Numbered from the stretch's first letter, positions 1-9,919 are shown. The stretch: 64,000 nucleotides of DNA from an uncultured Planctomycetaceae bacterium (GCA_963976765.1 CAXBME010000013.1:1-64000), one strand, 5' to 3'. Notes: generated from the letters alone by a model not told the origin. Numbers and translations are program-made.

Positions 1-51
1 TGTGCCTTCGGCACCCAGACAATCTAAAAGAGATTGTCTGGGCCACCCTGC
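1..51 (-). repeat. Two-hairpin GGGTGGC element, copy 1 (truncated by window edge)
   Basis: CCAGACAATCT-AAAAG-AGATTGTCTGG hairpin plus GTGCC-TTC-GGCAC hairpin; bases 18-51 identical to 677-710. Confidence 0.85.
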
Positions 52-107
52 TGACTCGCGGCCTCTGTTGCAACCCATCGTTCGCCGCGACGACGCACGC
101 ACCGAGC

Positions 108-425
108 TTAGGTCAGTGCGATAATGCAAAACCAGCCAGCAGCGACTATGGCCCAGGTTCGTAGATGCAACCGCTCTTGATGTTTCCCAAATGCAATCAA
201 CAGAAGTGATGCTGCAACGCTTGATAGCAGTGCAACCAATAACTGCAGGGTGAATGGGGCGAAAATTGAATCACGTGTTTGGATCGTTGTGCACGCGAAC
301 GCAGCAAACAAGATGATCCCTGCGGCAAAAATCGTGACAATGGCAATGCGACTTTGCTTTATAGTACGCCAAAGCAAATGCAACTTGGTATTGGGCAACG
401 ATTGAGATTGATCAACAGTGGACAT
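108..425 (-). CDS. Small hypothetical membrane protein (about 3 TM segments)
   Basis: 105 aa ORF, AAGGAG RBS upstream, hydrophobic stretches, more AT-rich than neighbours. Confidence 0.65.
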   Translation of the reverse strand: MSTVDQSQSLPNTKLHLLWRTIKQSRIAIVTIFAAGIILFAAFACTTIQTRDSIFAPFTLQLLVALLSSVAASLLLIAFGKHQERLHLRTWAIVAAGWFCIIALT

Positions 426-507
426 CGGACGCTCCTTTGAATTTTGTGGTCAATCGATCGCTCAGCGGACATGAATCTCTGGGGCGCAGAATTGGGGAAC
501 AAAGCCG

Positions 508-585
508 GCAAGCTGGGTCGTGACTCAGCAATTGCACGAGCACGCCATCAATTGTGTGCTGGGTCGCGACCCAGCCTGCGTCACT
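508..585. repeat. Inverted REP pair, family A (GCAG-type variant)
   Basis: GCAAGCTGGGTCGTGACTCAGC ... GCTGGGTCGCGACCCAGCCTGCGTCACT. Confidence 0.8.
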
Positions 586-653
586 GCGACAGCGTCACCC
601 GCCGGATGTAATTTAGACCGAAGTTTCAATCTTCATCAAGAGCTGAGGATGAG

Positions 654-710
654 ACCTCCGGTGCCGTTGGTACCCGGACAATCTAAAAGAGATTGTCTGG
701 GCCACCCTGC
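654..710 (-). repeat. Two-hairpin GGGTGGC element, copy 2
   Basis: ACCTCCG-GTGCCGTTGGTAC-CCGGACAATCTAAAAGAGATTGTCTGG-GCCACCC; direct repeat of 1-51. Confidence 0.85.
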
Positions 711-765
711 GACTTCCCCCTGCCTCACGCTGTCCCAGAAAATAACGACTGTTGTCGGTTGTTAT

Positions 766-1257
766 TCAGATTGCACTCGTTGTCGAACCGTCGGACGACA
801 GATCAAACTCCAGTCGGGAAGTTGATTCTGACACCGTGACACGGAGCCTGGAATCGGTTCGATAGGCATCAGGGATCAGGTCGTCAGTTTGGGCGTTCGG
901 CCGAGTTTCGCCTTCCTCATGCTCTTCGATCTCGCCGCCATCTTCGTCCGAATTAATTCCAGGAACCTTCATTGTCGTGCTGATAACAACTCGTTTCTCA
1001 CCCGGAACTACACCGTACTCGACGCTGTCGAAATGTAGTCGAAAATAGCCGTCATCATCTGAAAGGCCATACGACTGGAGTCCAGTCTGGAGGTCTTCAA
1101 CCATCACAACTGCTGATGAAACCGGCTTTCCGTCGAGCTTCACAATACCCTCAACGTCAACAAGCTCCAAGCTTGAATAATCGGCGGACGGACCTGTTCC
1201 ACAGCCAATGGTTACAACTGCGGCCAGACAGGTCATCAGGAACAGGCGGAATGACAT
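766..1257 (-). CDS. Lipoprotein with carboxypeptidase-regulatory-like domain (usual DUF1559 partner)
   Basis: Lipobox TIGC, VEGIVKLDGKP, C-terminal IPDAY..S.L.VTV; AAGGA RBS before ATG 1257; directly downstream of a DUF1559 gene. Confidence 0.8.
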   Translation of the reverse strand: MSFRLFLMTCLAAVVTIGCGTGPSADYSSLELVDVEGIVKLDGKPVSSAVVMVEDLQTGLQSYGLSDDDGYFRLHFDSVEYGVVPGEKRVVISTTMKVPGINSDEDGGEIEEHEEGETRPNAQTDDLIPDAYRTDSRLRVTVSESTSRLEFDLSSDGSTTSAI

Positions 1258-1414
1258 CGTTTTCCTTTTCATGGTTCAATTCATATTCGAATTCGAGCAC
1301 CGGGAATCGCACGAGCAGCAAGGTGATCCCGGCTGATTGATCGCACACTACAGAGCAACGTATCGAGTGATCTTCGGCACTGTGCGTTTGGATTAATTGC
1401 GATGAGCCAGCGAA

Positions 1415-2356
1415 TCAGAAATCGCCAACCAGTTCTTCTCCCTGAATGCTTCCCAGAGCCCTCAGAATACTAATATCGATGTTGTCCGACAGAAAAATGA
1501 CGGAACCATCGGCCATGGCGAAGTGAGCCCCGCCGACGTGATAGCTTCCAAAGGTCAGTTCCATGATGACGCCAGGTGCAGAAAGATCGTTGACGCGGGT
1601 ATTGATGCCCCAGTAGGCCGACCCTAGTCCTTCTGAGTATTCCGATCCGCCGGCATCACCAGGAGTGCAGTCCCATCCGCCAGTACTCGGTGAGCCGAAC
1701 AGCCAGTAGTCCATTCCCTGACCGTCCTTGACGTAGTCGAGGTCAGTATAGCTTTCACCGATCATCAAGGTTGATGAGGTACCGTCAGTAATGTCACGAA
1801 TGCGTGTGCTGCTGCATCCGTAGAACATTCCGTTCAACCCCGTCTGGTGTTCCAGTGCGATCGACGGGTGACCTGGCGGAATCGTACTGGCATCATCGGA
1901 AACGGCATTTGAACCGGACACTGCCCGATAACTGGTGGGAGTTCTCGCGGGAATGCCGCTGTTATCCACATGCTCCTTCACGGCCATGCTGGGACAACGG
2001 AATGCCGGAATCAAAGTGCCAGCCGCCACCTCGTTCGGTGAACCATCGGCACCCCAGTTTCCGAGCCCGGATTCCTGCCAGATGAGTGTGCTGTAGAGTG
2101 TGTCCTGATCCATCTGCGGCAGGATCATTGCTGACCATAATGTTTCCCGTTCGTCGAATCCAAATGGAAATGCGCCGACGATTTCATGGTAGTTGTGCAT
2201 CGCCAGGCCTATGTTTTTCAGATTGTTTTTGCACGTCGACCGTCGAGCGGCCTCACGAGCCTGCTGCACAGCGGGCAGAAGCAATGCGATCAGGATGGCG
2301 ATGATCGAGATCACGACCAGTAATTCAATCAGCGTAAACCCTCTTCGGACCTTCAC
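1415..2356 (-). CDS. DUF1559 prepilin-type N-terminal cleavage/methylation protein
   Basis: [46 protein letters not shown]9-DG motif [15 protein letters not shown] start after GAGAGG. Confidence 0.95.
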   Translation of the reverse strand: MKVRRGFTLIELLVVISIIAILIALLLPAVQQAREAARRSTCKNNLKNIGLAMHNYHEIVGAFPFGFDERETLWSAMILPQMDQDTLYSTLIWQESGLGNWGADGSPNEVAAGTLIPAFRCPSMAVKEHVDNSGIPARTPTSYRAVSGSNAVSDDASTIPPGHPSIALEHQTGLNGMFYGCSSTRIRDITDGTSSTLMIGESYTDLDYVKDGQGMDYWLFGSPSTGGWDCTPGDAGGSEYSEGLGSAYWGINTRVNDLSAPGVIMELTFGSYHVGGAHFAMADGSVIFLSDNIDISILRALGSIQGEELVGDF

Positions 2357-2837
2357 AGTAATACCTCTCAATTGGACAAACGCCAGCCGATGAACAACGG
2401 GACTCTTCCGCCGGCTGACAGGGCAGAATTTCTCGTCCCACACGATGTGAGGCGTACTGTTGACAGCTCCCGTAAAGAATCTGTGAAGTGAGGATTCGCT
2501 TTTGATGCTTACCCACCGGCCAGACGTGGCAGAGGGACACGACAACCCCTCATTCGGGCATCTCTGATCGCTGGCCCGGATTATTCAGAGTTTGGGGATC
2601 CTGATGGCCTTTGGGGCCAGACCGGGCGTGCACTCAGGGTGATTTACGAAAGAGCAATAAGCGTGCGCTCGTTCATGTTCTGAATCATGATTTCTGCTTC
2701 GAGTTCAGTTCACTTCTCAGCAGGGATGCCATGAATGAAGTCGGCACGACAGAATGGGAATCACTCCGGACCGCCGGTGAGGCACTTGACGATCCGCGCA
2801 CTCCGCAGTGTGGCCAGGTCCGGCCTGCGGGGTGGAG

Positions 2838-3317
2838 TCAGGCGTTGCGGTATTTCATGGACTCGGCGACGGCGAGTTCGTCGCAGCGTTCGTTTTCGGG
2901 GTGGCCGCTGTGGCCTTTCACGACTTTGAACTTCACCTGGTGAGTCGCCAGCAACTGGTCGAGCTGTCGCCAGTGGTCTTCGTTCTTGATCGGCTTGAGC
3001 TGTTTGCCTTCGCGGCGCTTCCAGCCGTTCTTCTTCCAGTTGGCCAGCCACTCCATGCAGCCTTTGGCGACGTAGGTGCTGTCGGTGACGACGAGTACTG
3101 TCGTGCGTCGGGTCAGCGCGTTCAGGCCGGAGATGACCGCCTGGAGTTCCATCTGGTTGTTGGTGGTCTCGGGGGCGCCGCCGGAAAGTTCTTTCTCCTG
3201 ACCGGTTCGCATGTGTCTGAGGATACAACCCCAGCCGCCAGGTCCGGGGTTCCCGCTGCAGGCCCCGTCCGTAAACAGCATGATTTGAGCTTCGGTCGGC
3301 TCGGTCGATTCAGGCAT
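2838..3317 (-). CDS. rnhA: Ribonuclease HI
   Basis: FTDGACSGNPGPGGWG, TTNNQMEL, TDSTY, VKGHSGHPENERCDELA. Confidence 0.97.
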   Translation of the reverse strand: MPESTEPTEAQIMLFTDGACSGNPGPGGWGCILRHMRTGQEKELSGGAPETTNNQMELQAVISGLNALTRRTTVLVVTDSTYVAKGCMEWLANWKKNGWKRREGKQLKPIKNEDHWRQLDQLLATHQVKFKVVKGHSGHPENERCDELAVAESMKYRNA

Positions 3318-3363
3318 GACTCGTCACCAGCGTGGCAGAGAGTCGCAAAAACAGATTCCGTCC

Positions 3364-3490
3364 GTGTGCCACTTCTGGCCTGGGAGAGTGCATTGCACAC
3401 CTTTCGGCACTGCCAGGCAAGCTGACAGTGGCACCCGAGCCATGCATCGCCCGTCTTTCGGCACTGCCGGGCAGGCTGGCAGTGGCACCC
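3364..3490. repeat. GGGTGCCACTG-type palindromic repeats: two direct 36-nt copies (3401-3436, 3455-3490) plus a degenerate inverted copy
   Basis: CTTTCGGCACTGCCAGGCAAGCTGACAGTGGCACCC and CTTTCGGCACTGCCGGGCAGGCTGGCAGTGGCACCC. Confidence 0.8.
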
Positions 3491-3510
3491 TCCGGTCGGA
3501 GCGGGCTGGA

Positions 3511-3732
<222 letters not shown>

Positions 3733-3896
3733 ACAACTTCCTCAATCACACAGTCAAAACAGGACGAGACAACAGATTCGAGACGGAGACACCCGTCCCA
3801 ACAGCTCGGAGTAAGCTGAGCATTCTGGCGACACCGCGTTTTCATTGCCACCCTGAAACTATTGAGCTGGATGCCTGAATTGCTCAGCAGCCTCGC

Positions 3897-4057
3897 GTAG
3901 GTCAGGCTTTGCCTGACGAAGTCCTGAAGAGATGAACCACGGAAGTAACGGAAAAGCAGGGAAGGGCGCCGGCTGATTTCGTGTCTTTGGTGCGTTTCGT
4001 AGTTTGTGGCAGGATTCTGTCGGGCAGAATCTGACCCTGTCCAGGAGCCTGACCTGC
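3897..4057. repeat. Inverted REP pair (GTAGGTCAGGC family) enclosing a degenerate CACGGAA-type inverted element
   Basis: GTAGGTCAGGCTTTGCCTGAC at 3897; GCCTGACCTGC ending 4057; inner AACCACGGAAGTAACGGAA...TTTCGTGTCTTTGGTGCGTTTCGTAGTT. Confidence 0.6.
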
Positions 4058-4082
4058 ACAACTCGCCCAGCGGAGCAGCAAC

Positions 4083-5675
4083 GTGTTTGATCTGATAATT
4101 CGCGGCGGAACAGTCATCGACGGAACCGGAAGCCCTCGCGTCATGGCTGACGTTGGCATCGCGGGGGACCGAATTGCGGCGGTTGGATTGCTTCCCACTG
4201 ATGCCGCGGCGGCAGAAACCATCGACGCGACGGGACTGATTGTCGCTCCGGGCTTCATCGACGTTCATAACCATTCTGACGGGTGGTTGCTCCGCGAACG
4301 AAACTTTGCTCCCAAGACGACTCAGGGATTCACGACGGAAGTTCTGCAGGCGGACGGCATCGGGTACGGGCCGATCAATCAGCAGACGGCTCGCGAGTGG
4401 CTGTTTTATCTACGGTCGCTCGACGGGCTGCGGCTCCAGGACTGGACCGGCTGGGAAACCTTCGAAGAGTTCATGGAGGCTCTCGACGGCCGTTCGGCTC
4501 AGAACGCGGCGTCGCACCTGCCGTACGCGAATATCCGGTCGATGGCCTGCGGTTTCGGGCGAGCGTCGGTCGACGATTTTCAGATGCGCGAGATTCAGCG
4601 GCAGATTCGTATCGGTATGGAAGCCGGGGGTGTCGGAGTGTCGGTCGGCCTGGATTATATCGTGCAGTGTTTTTCCACGACCGACGAACTGGTTGAAGCG
4701 ATTTCCGTGATGGCTCCGTACGACGGACTGTTTGTTCCGCACGTTCGATACAAGAAAGGGCTGCTGCCGGCTCTGGAAGAAGCCGCTGACATCTGTCGTC
4801 GAGCAGGAGTGAGGCTGCACCTCTCGCACCTGAAAGCGCAGAGTCCCGAACAGACCGGGCAGGTCATGGAGTATCTCGACCGAACCAGCCGCGACGTTGA
4901 CCTTTCGTTCGACGTCTATCCCTACCAGCCGGGTTCGACGATGTTGAATTACCTGTTGCCGTATGAGACGTGGGAGGACGGCCCGCTCGCCGCTCTGGCT
5001 AAGCTGTCCGATCCTGGTTTTCGAGCAAGATTCGCCGCCGGCCTTGATGCTCAGCGCGTGCCGCTCGACCGGCTGCAGATTGCGTGGTTCCCTGGCAAAG
5101 AGAATTCACAGTGGCAGGGGAAATCGCTTCGCGAGTTCGTCGACGCGTCGGGGCTTCCTGCCGCCGAGGCATTGCTTGACCTGCTCATCGAAGAGAGGCT
5201 GGCCGGACTGCTGGTCTTTGACGAGGGCGACGACCGGCTCGTTTACCCGTTTCTGCAGCACGACCTTTTCATGATGGGGACCGACGGGATCTACTGCAGC
5301 GATGGCCCGGTGCATCCGCGAGTCTTCGGTTCGGCAGGACGATTCCTCGGCCCACTGGTCCGCGATCTGAAACTGAACACACTGGAAAAGGCCGTCCACA
5401 AAATGACGGGCTATTCGGCCAAGCGTTTTCGTCTGCCCGATCGGGGGATCATCACCGAAGGCGCGTTCGCCGACCTGGCCATTTTCAATGCTGAAACGAT
5501 CACCGATCACGCCACGTTTGCTGATCCTCGTCAGCGCACAACCGGCATCGAGACCGTCATCGTCAACGGTAAGGTGATCGTCGAGTCTGCCGAGCCGGTT
5601 GAATCAGCAGTTCCGCCAGGCCGATCGTTGAAAGCCGGGGCAACACGATCACCGCTGCTCAAGGGTAAAGCCTGA
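4083..5675 (+). CDS. N-acyl-D-amino-acid deacylase family amidohydrolase
   Basis: DLIIRGGTVIDGTG, APGFIDVHNHSD, HLSHLK, HPRVFG, DRGIITEGAFADL. Confidence 0.9.
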   Translation: MFDLIIRGGTVIDGTGSPRVMADVGIAGDRIAAVGLLPTDAAAAETIDATGLIVAPGFIDVHNHSDGWLLRERNFAPKTTQGFTTEVLQADGIGYGPINQQTAREWLFYLRSLDGLRLQDWTGWETFEEFMEALDGRSAQNAASHLPYANIRSMACGFGRASVDDFQMREIQRQIRIGMEAGGVGVSVGLDYIVQCFSTTDELVEAISVMAPYDGLFVPHVRYKKGLLPALEEAADICRRAGVRLHLSHLKAQSPEQTGQVMEYLDRTSRDVDLSFDVYPYQPGSTMLNYLLPYETWEDGPLAALAKLSDPGFRARFAAGLDAQRVPLDRLQIAWFPGKENSQWQGKSLREFVDASGLPAAEALLDLLIEERLAGLLVFDEGDDRLVYPFLQHDLFMMGTDGIYCSDGPVHPRVFGSAGRFLGPLVRDLKLNTLEKAVHKMTGYSAKRFRLPDRGIITEGAFADLAIFNAETITDHATFADPRQRTTGIETVIVNGKVIVESAEPVESAVPPGRSLKAGATRSPLLKGKA

Positions 5676-5997
5676 AACGGGGACTTCACCGCGCGGACGC
5701 TGTTCTGCAATCACAAAGACAACGCCGCTATCTGCCGCTGGCAATGACAATCCGGTTCAGTTCGGCTTGGATGAACTGGGGGCTTTTCGACCTCAGTCCC
5801 GATCATGACGCTCGAACGTTCTGTTGAAACCAGCTCCCAAAAAATTGAAGAGCAGTAATCTGAACAACAAAACAGAAAGACGAGGCTGTCTACGGGGGAC
5901 AATGCAAGGCAAACGTCGTTCAGCTGTGTCACACGTGTCCGATCAGGCTCTCTGTTGGTTGTCGACTTTTTCTGTTCTTGAATATGGAGTGGCACAG

Positions 5998-6741
5998 ATG
6001 ACGGTTCTCACGCGCATTTCGAAGGCAAAGTTCAGCGGCGTCATGGCAGTAGCGGCAGCCCTGGCAATGACGACAAATTCCTGGGCCGAATGCTGTCGAC
6101 ATTACGGCACATCCTGCGGTGGAGTAGGAGGGTGCAACATCTTCTGCTGCAACTGTGATGGCGGCTGCAGGCGACCTGACGACCGGGAATACTGCAAGTC
6201 GGCGTACACTCTCTGCAAGATTAACCCGATTGGAAAAGTTACCGGCGGATGTGGTTTAGCCTACAAGGCATGCCTGGCCGCAGTCGAATCAGCAGAAGGC
6301 TGCGCCGATGGCGAAGAGGAAAAAAAGAGCCTCGCTGCTACACCGGACGATGTCGGAAAAAAGGGGCCACAGAAGGGAGCCGAATTGTTTCACGCCATTG
6401 ACAGGAACGACGACAAAAAGATTTCGGCCAAAGAATTTGCCGCGCATGTCAATGTACATCAACGCATCATCCGTATGATTGATGCCGACAAAGATGGGAA
6501 GTTTTCAGCCGACGAGATTCACAAGCATCTTGGAGAAAGAGATAAGGCATACAAACCAGACGCCAACATTGTAGAAGTATCGGTGAAGGATTTCTGGCCA
6601 CACGGCGGTAACCACGAGCATATCTTCAGCCAGTATGACACCGACAAGAGCGGTCACATTGACGCCACCGAAGCCGCAGAAGGTTCACACAAGTCGCCGA
6701 AAAAGGATGCCGAAAAAAAGCCCGCTAAAAAGACGGAATAA
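5998..6741 (+). CDS. Secreted Cys-rich (Diedel-like motif) protein with three EF-hands
   Basis: GGAG RBS; signal peptide ending SWA; CNIFCCNCDGGC; EF loops DRNDDKKISAKE, DADKDGKFSADE, DTDKSGHIDATE. Confidence 0.8.
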   Translation: MTVLTRISKAKFSGVMAVAAALAMTTNSWAECCRHYGTSCGGVGGCNIFCCNCDGGCRRPDDREYCKSAYTLCKINPIGKVTGGCGLAYKACLAAVESAEGCADGEEEKKSLAATPDDVGKKGPQKGAELFHAIDRNDDKKISAKEFAAHVNVHQRIIRMIDADKDGKFSADEIHKHLGERDKAYKPDANIVEVSVKDFWPHGGNHEHIFSQYDTDKSGHIDATEAAEGSHKSPKKDAEKKPAKKTE

Positions 6742-6799
6742 TCGAGCCTGGCAGTTGCGATAGTCAGCTCGTCCAGAATCTGATTAAGGTTAATTGATC

Positions 6800-6836
6800 A
6801 CAAGCGATCGGGCAGGGAGCCCGGTCGCTTGTCTTT
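6800..6836 (+). terminator. Intrinsic terminator candidate
   Basis: ACAAGCGATCGGGC-AGGGA-GCCCGGTCGCTTGT followed by CTTT. Confidence 0.6.
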
Positions 6837-7116
6837 GTATAGAGACCTTAAGACGCGACAGCAGTCTTTAATCGTGTTGCTTTATCCGTTAACCGGGAGA
6901 AATTCGGAACAACGTAATTGTTGCCGGCGTTGCGGTGTCGGTGGCCAGCGGGTAGACAATGTGTCGAGTTGCTCGGTCGGTCTGGCGGAGAGTTCCCCAC
7001 GTCGAATGGTGTCGCCGTTGGAAATGCCGGCTGCGGAGCTCTCGTCCCGCGTCGACTTCTGGAAAGTCACCTCTCGAACGCGTTGTCTCATGGGCAATTC
7101 ACGACGGAAGTCAAGT

Positions 7117-7992
7117 ATGTTTCGAAGATCGTTAATCCTGATCGGTTCTCTGACGCTGGCTATGTTCGTCAGGATCGAGCCGACACCCGCTGCTGAAAGC
7201 TCCGAGCCGTTGTCAGAAAAACAGATCCAGCTTCTGAAAACCTTTGTCGACGAGTTTGTCGAGATCACGCCAGGCAAAGGGAAGTTTCCGGCGTCGTTTG
7301 TGATGGGGTCGTCTGGCGGGTCGGCTTCGGAGCAGCCGCCGACGAAGATCACGTTCAGGCACGAATTCTCGATCGCGAAGTACGAGGTTCCGCAGAATCT
7401 GTACGAAGCCGTCACGGGCAGCAACCCGAGTCGCTGGACGGGGCCGCGGAACTCGGCAGAGATGTTTGACTTCGGCGAGGCGAGGGAATTCTGTCGCCGG
7501 ATCACGCTGCTGCTTCGGAAGGAAAAGCTGCTTTCGGACGACGAAGAAGTCCGTTTGCCGACCGAAGCCGAGTGGGAATACTGCTGTCGAGCGGGTTCGG
7601 CGACGCGGTATTCGTTCGGCGATGAAGCTCAGAAACCGGGCGATGCCGGTAAGATAGCCACACTGCTTGACGACTTCGGCTGGCACACCGGAAACGCGGC
7701 CGGAAACGATCCACCCGTCGGCGCCTTGAAGCCGAACGCCTGGGGACTGTATGACATGCACGGTTACCTGTGGGAATTCGTCGCTGACGACTGGCACGAC
7801 AGCCATCAGGGAGCACCTTCGGACGGCTCGGCGAGGCGTTCGAAAGATCAGAAGTCTTCGCCCGTCGTCCGTGGCGGCTCGTGGATGGAAACGTTCGATC
7901 TGCTGACTTCTTCGGCAAGAAGAACTGTTCCTGCTGATTTTAAACGAGCTGATCTTGGTTTCCGCTGCGTGCGTGCCAAAGTGAGCAGGTAG
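7117..7992 (+). CDS. Formylglycine-generating enzyme (SUMF1/FGE-sulfatase) domain protein, secreted
   Basis: FVMGS, RLPTEAEWEYCCRAG, KPNAWGLYDMHG, RGGSW, GFRC. Confidence 0.9.
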   Translation: MFRRSLILIGSLTLAMFVRIEPTPAAESSEPLSEKQIQLLKTFVDEFVEITPGKGKFPASFVMGSSGGSASEQPPTKITFRHEFSIAKYEVPQNLYEAVTGSNPSRWTGPRNSAEMFDFGEAREFCRRITLLLRKEKLLSDDEEVRLPTEAEWEYCCRAGSATRYSFGDEAQKPGDAGKIATLLDDFGWHTGNAAGNDPPVGALKPNAWGLYDMHGYLWEFVADDWHDSHQGAPSDGSARRSKDQKSSPVVRGGSWMETFDLLTSSARRTVPADFKRADLGFRCVRAKVSR

Positions 7993-8059
7993 GGTGGGTA
8001 CTACCCACTTCGGGTATTCCAATTCGGTGTTGTTAGGTGGTGGGCAGTGCCCGCCCGAC
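7989..8059. repeat. Inverted REP pair, GTAGGGTGGGCACTGCCCAC family
   Basis: GTAGGGTGGGTACTACCCAC ... GTGGGCAGTGCCCGCCCGAC; the GTAG overlaps the TAG stop of the upstream gene. Confidence 0.7.
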
Positions 8060-8221
8060 TGGAATTATCCGATTTAATGATTCGAAAGGGTTCAGCATGA
8101 AGAATTCATAACCGATGGGTACACAGCGAGCACGACCGATTCGATGGCGTGCTTATGACTTAAATCAGCTCCCAACGCTAGAAGTTGGCAGCACGACGTT
8201 TTCACTGCAGGATGAGATTTC

Positions 8222-9862
8222 ATGAGTTCTGACGAGACAGCCAAACAGGACGCGGTCACCGAATCGGCAACCAGCGAAACCCCCACCCCCGAATCAGTTG
8301 CGACGGAGACAGCCGCCACCGAACCGACCGCCACCGAATCCACTGCTACCGAATCCACTGCTACCGAAACGGCTGCTCCGGCCCCGGAAGCAGTCGCCGA
8401 GCCAGCTGCCGTCGAAGCAGCCGCTCCCGCTGAAGAAAGTCCAGCGGCGCCGGTCGCAAAGAAAGTCCAGCTGAATCCGACCGGCGGCGAAGAGTTAAAG
8501 GCTGTCCCGACTCAGGATGAAATTTCCGCAGCGGCGGCAGAGACTCTCGTCAGTCCAAACGGGGACGCGGCTCCGCAGCCACCAGCCGCGCCCAAGGACG
8601 CCCCAAAGCCGGTCGAGATTCCGAAAGACGTTGACCTTGGCGACCTCGAGGCCGAAATCGCGGCGGCCATGAGTTCTGAAACGGAAGTGGCCGCCAAGGT
8701 TGTCAATGATCCGCTTTCGCAGGATCTGCCGGAAACCGGTGGTCGCAAAGAAGGCATCATTCAGTCAATCCACGGCGACGATGTTTTTGTCGATCTTGGC
8801 TGTCGTCTGCCTGGAGTGTTGCAGCTTCGCCAGTTCGAAGGTCAGGCAGCTCCGGAAGTCGGCAAGAAGATCAACGTGACGATCAGCAAGGTTGACGAAA
8901 ACGAAGGCCTGATTTCAGTCAACCTGCGAGGCGGTCGTGCTCGTCCCGGTGGAAACTGGGACGAAGTCGAAAAAGAACAGATCGTCAGTTGTACGGTCAC
9001 CGGCTCAAACAAGGGCGGGCTGGAAGTCCAGATCGGAAGCCTGCGAGGCTTTCTGCCTGCGGGGCAGGTTGATCTGCAGTATGTCGAATCGCTCGACCAG
9101 TACATCGGCCAGAAGCTCGAAGTCAAAGTCACCGAGGTGAATCCTCAAAAGAGAAACCTGGTCGTCAGCCGTCGAGCGTTGCTGATCGAAGCCCGCAAAG
9201 AAATGGAAGCGGAATTCTGGCAGAGCCTGGAAGTCGATCAGGAGTTCGAAGGTAAAGTCAAAACGCTCAAGGATTACGGAGCGTTCGTTGACCTGGGTGG
9301 AGCCGACGGCTTCCTGCACATCGGGCAGATTTCCTGGACGCATATCAAGCACCCGAACGAGGTGCTGACCGAAGGCCAGGAGATCAACGTCAAGGTCATC
9401 AAGATCGACGCCGAGAAGCAGAAGATCAGCCTGACGATGAAGGGGATGGGGCCAAATCCGTGGGACTCAGCCGCCAACCGGTACACGCCGGAAACGGTGA
9501 TCTCTGGACTCGTGACGCGTGTCACCGATTTCGGAGCGTTCATCGAACTCGAACCGGGGATTGAAGGTCTCGTCCACATCAGCGAACTCGACTACAAGCG
9601 AGTCAACAAAGTGACCGATGTCTGCCGGGTCGGCCAGGAAGTGACAGCAAAGGTTCTCGACTTTGATCAGAATCGAAAACGAGTCAGTCTTTCACTGAAA
9701 CAACTGAAAGAAGACCCGGCGATTGCTGAAGAGGCCGCCAGCATGGAAGCGCTGGCAAAGCTCAACGCCAACCGAATTCCTCGCGAGCAGCTCAAAGGCG
9801 GAATCGGTAAGCCAGCGTCAAGTGGTGGAGGTCTGTTCGGAAATCCTGGCGATTTCAATTAG
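8222..9862 (+). CDS. 30S ribosomal protein S1-like protein (four S1 domains, long acidic N-terminal extension)
   Basis: NKGGLEV..GSLRGFLPAGQ, DYGAFVDLGGADGFLHIGQISW, DFGAFIELEPGIEGLVHISEL. Confidence 0.9.
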   Translation: MSSDETAKQDAVTESATSETPTPESVATETAATEPTATESTATESTATETAAPAPEAVAEPAAVEAAAPAEESPAAPVAKKVQLNPTGGEELKAVPTQDEISAAAAETLVSPNGDAAPQPPAAPKDAPKPVEIPKDVDLGDLEAEIAAAMSSETEVAAKVVNDPLSQDLPETGGRKEGIIQSIHGDDVFVDLGCRLPGVLQLRQFEGQAAPEVGKKINVTISKVDENEGLISVNLRGGRARPGGNWDEVEKEQIVSCTVTGSNKGGLEVQIGSLRGFLPAGQVDLQYVESLDQYIGQKLEVKVTEVNPQKRNLVVSRRALLIEARKEMEAEFWQSLEVDQEFEGKVKTLKDYGAFVDLGGADGFLHIGQISWTHIKHPNEVLTEGQEINVKVIKIDAEKQKISLTMKGMGPNPWDSAANRYTPETVISGLVTRVTDFGAFIELEPGIEGLVHISELDYKRVNKVTDVCRVGQEVTAKVLDFDQNRKRVSLSLKQLKEDPAIAEEAASMEALAKLNANRIPREQLKGGIGKPASSGGGLFGNPGDFN

Positions 9863-9881
9863 GCGCGTCAGTATGAAATCC

Positions 9882-9919
9882 AAAGCCCGTCGCTCATCTC
9901 AGCGACGGGCTTTTTCTTT
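9882..9919 (+). terminator. Intrinsic terminator
   Basis: AAAGCCCGTCGCT-CATCTC-AGCGACGGGCTTTTTCTTT. Confidence 0.85.

Noticed and set aside
520..825. 101-aa plus-strand ORF
   Set aside because: Runs through REP and two-hairpin repeats and overlaps the convergent lipoprotein gene
3401..3490. CRISPR-like repeat-spacer-repeat
   Set aside because: Copies differ, the spacer is only 18 nt, and the motif fits a dispersed palindromic repeat family
7117..7992. Active sulfatase-maturing FGE partnered with the sulfatase-like gene
   Set aside because: The catalytic Cys pair after RGGS is missing, and the sulfatase-like protein has no target motif
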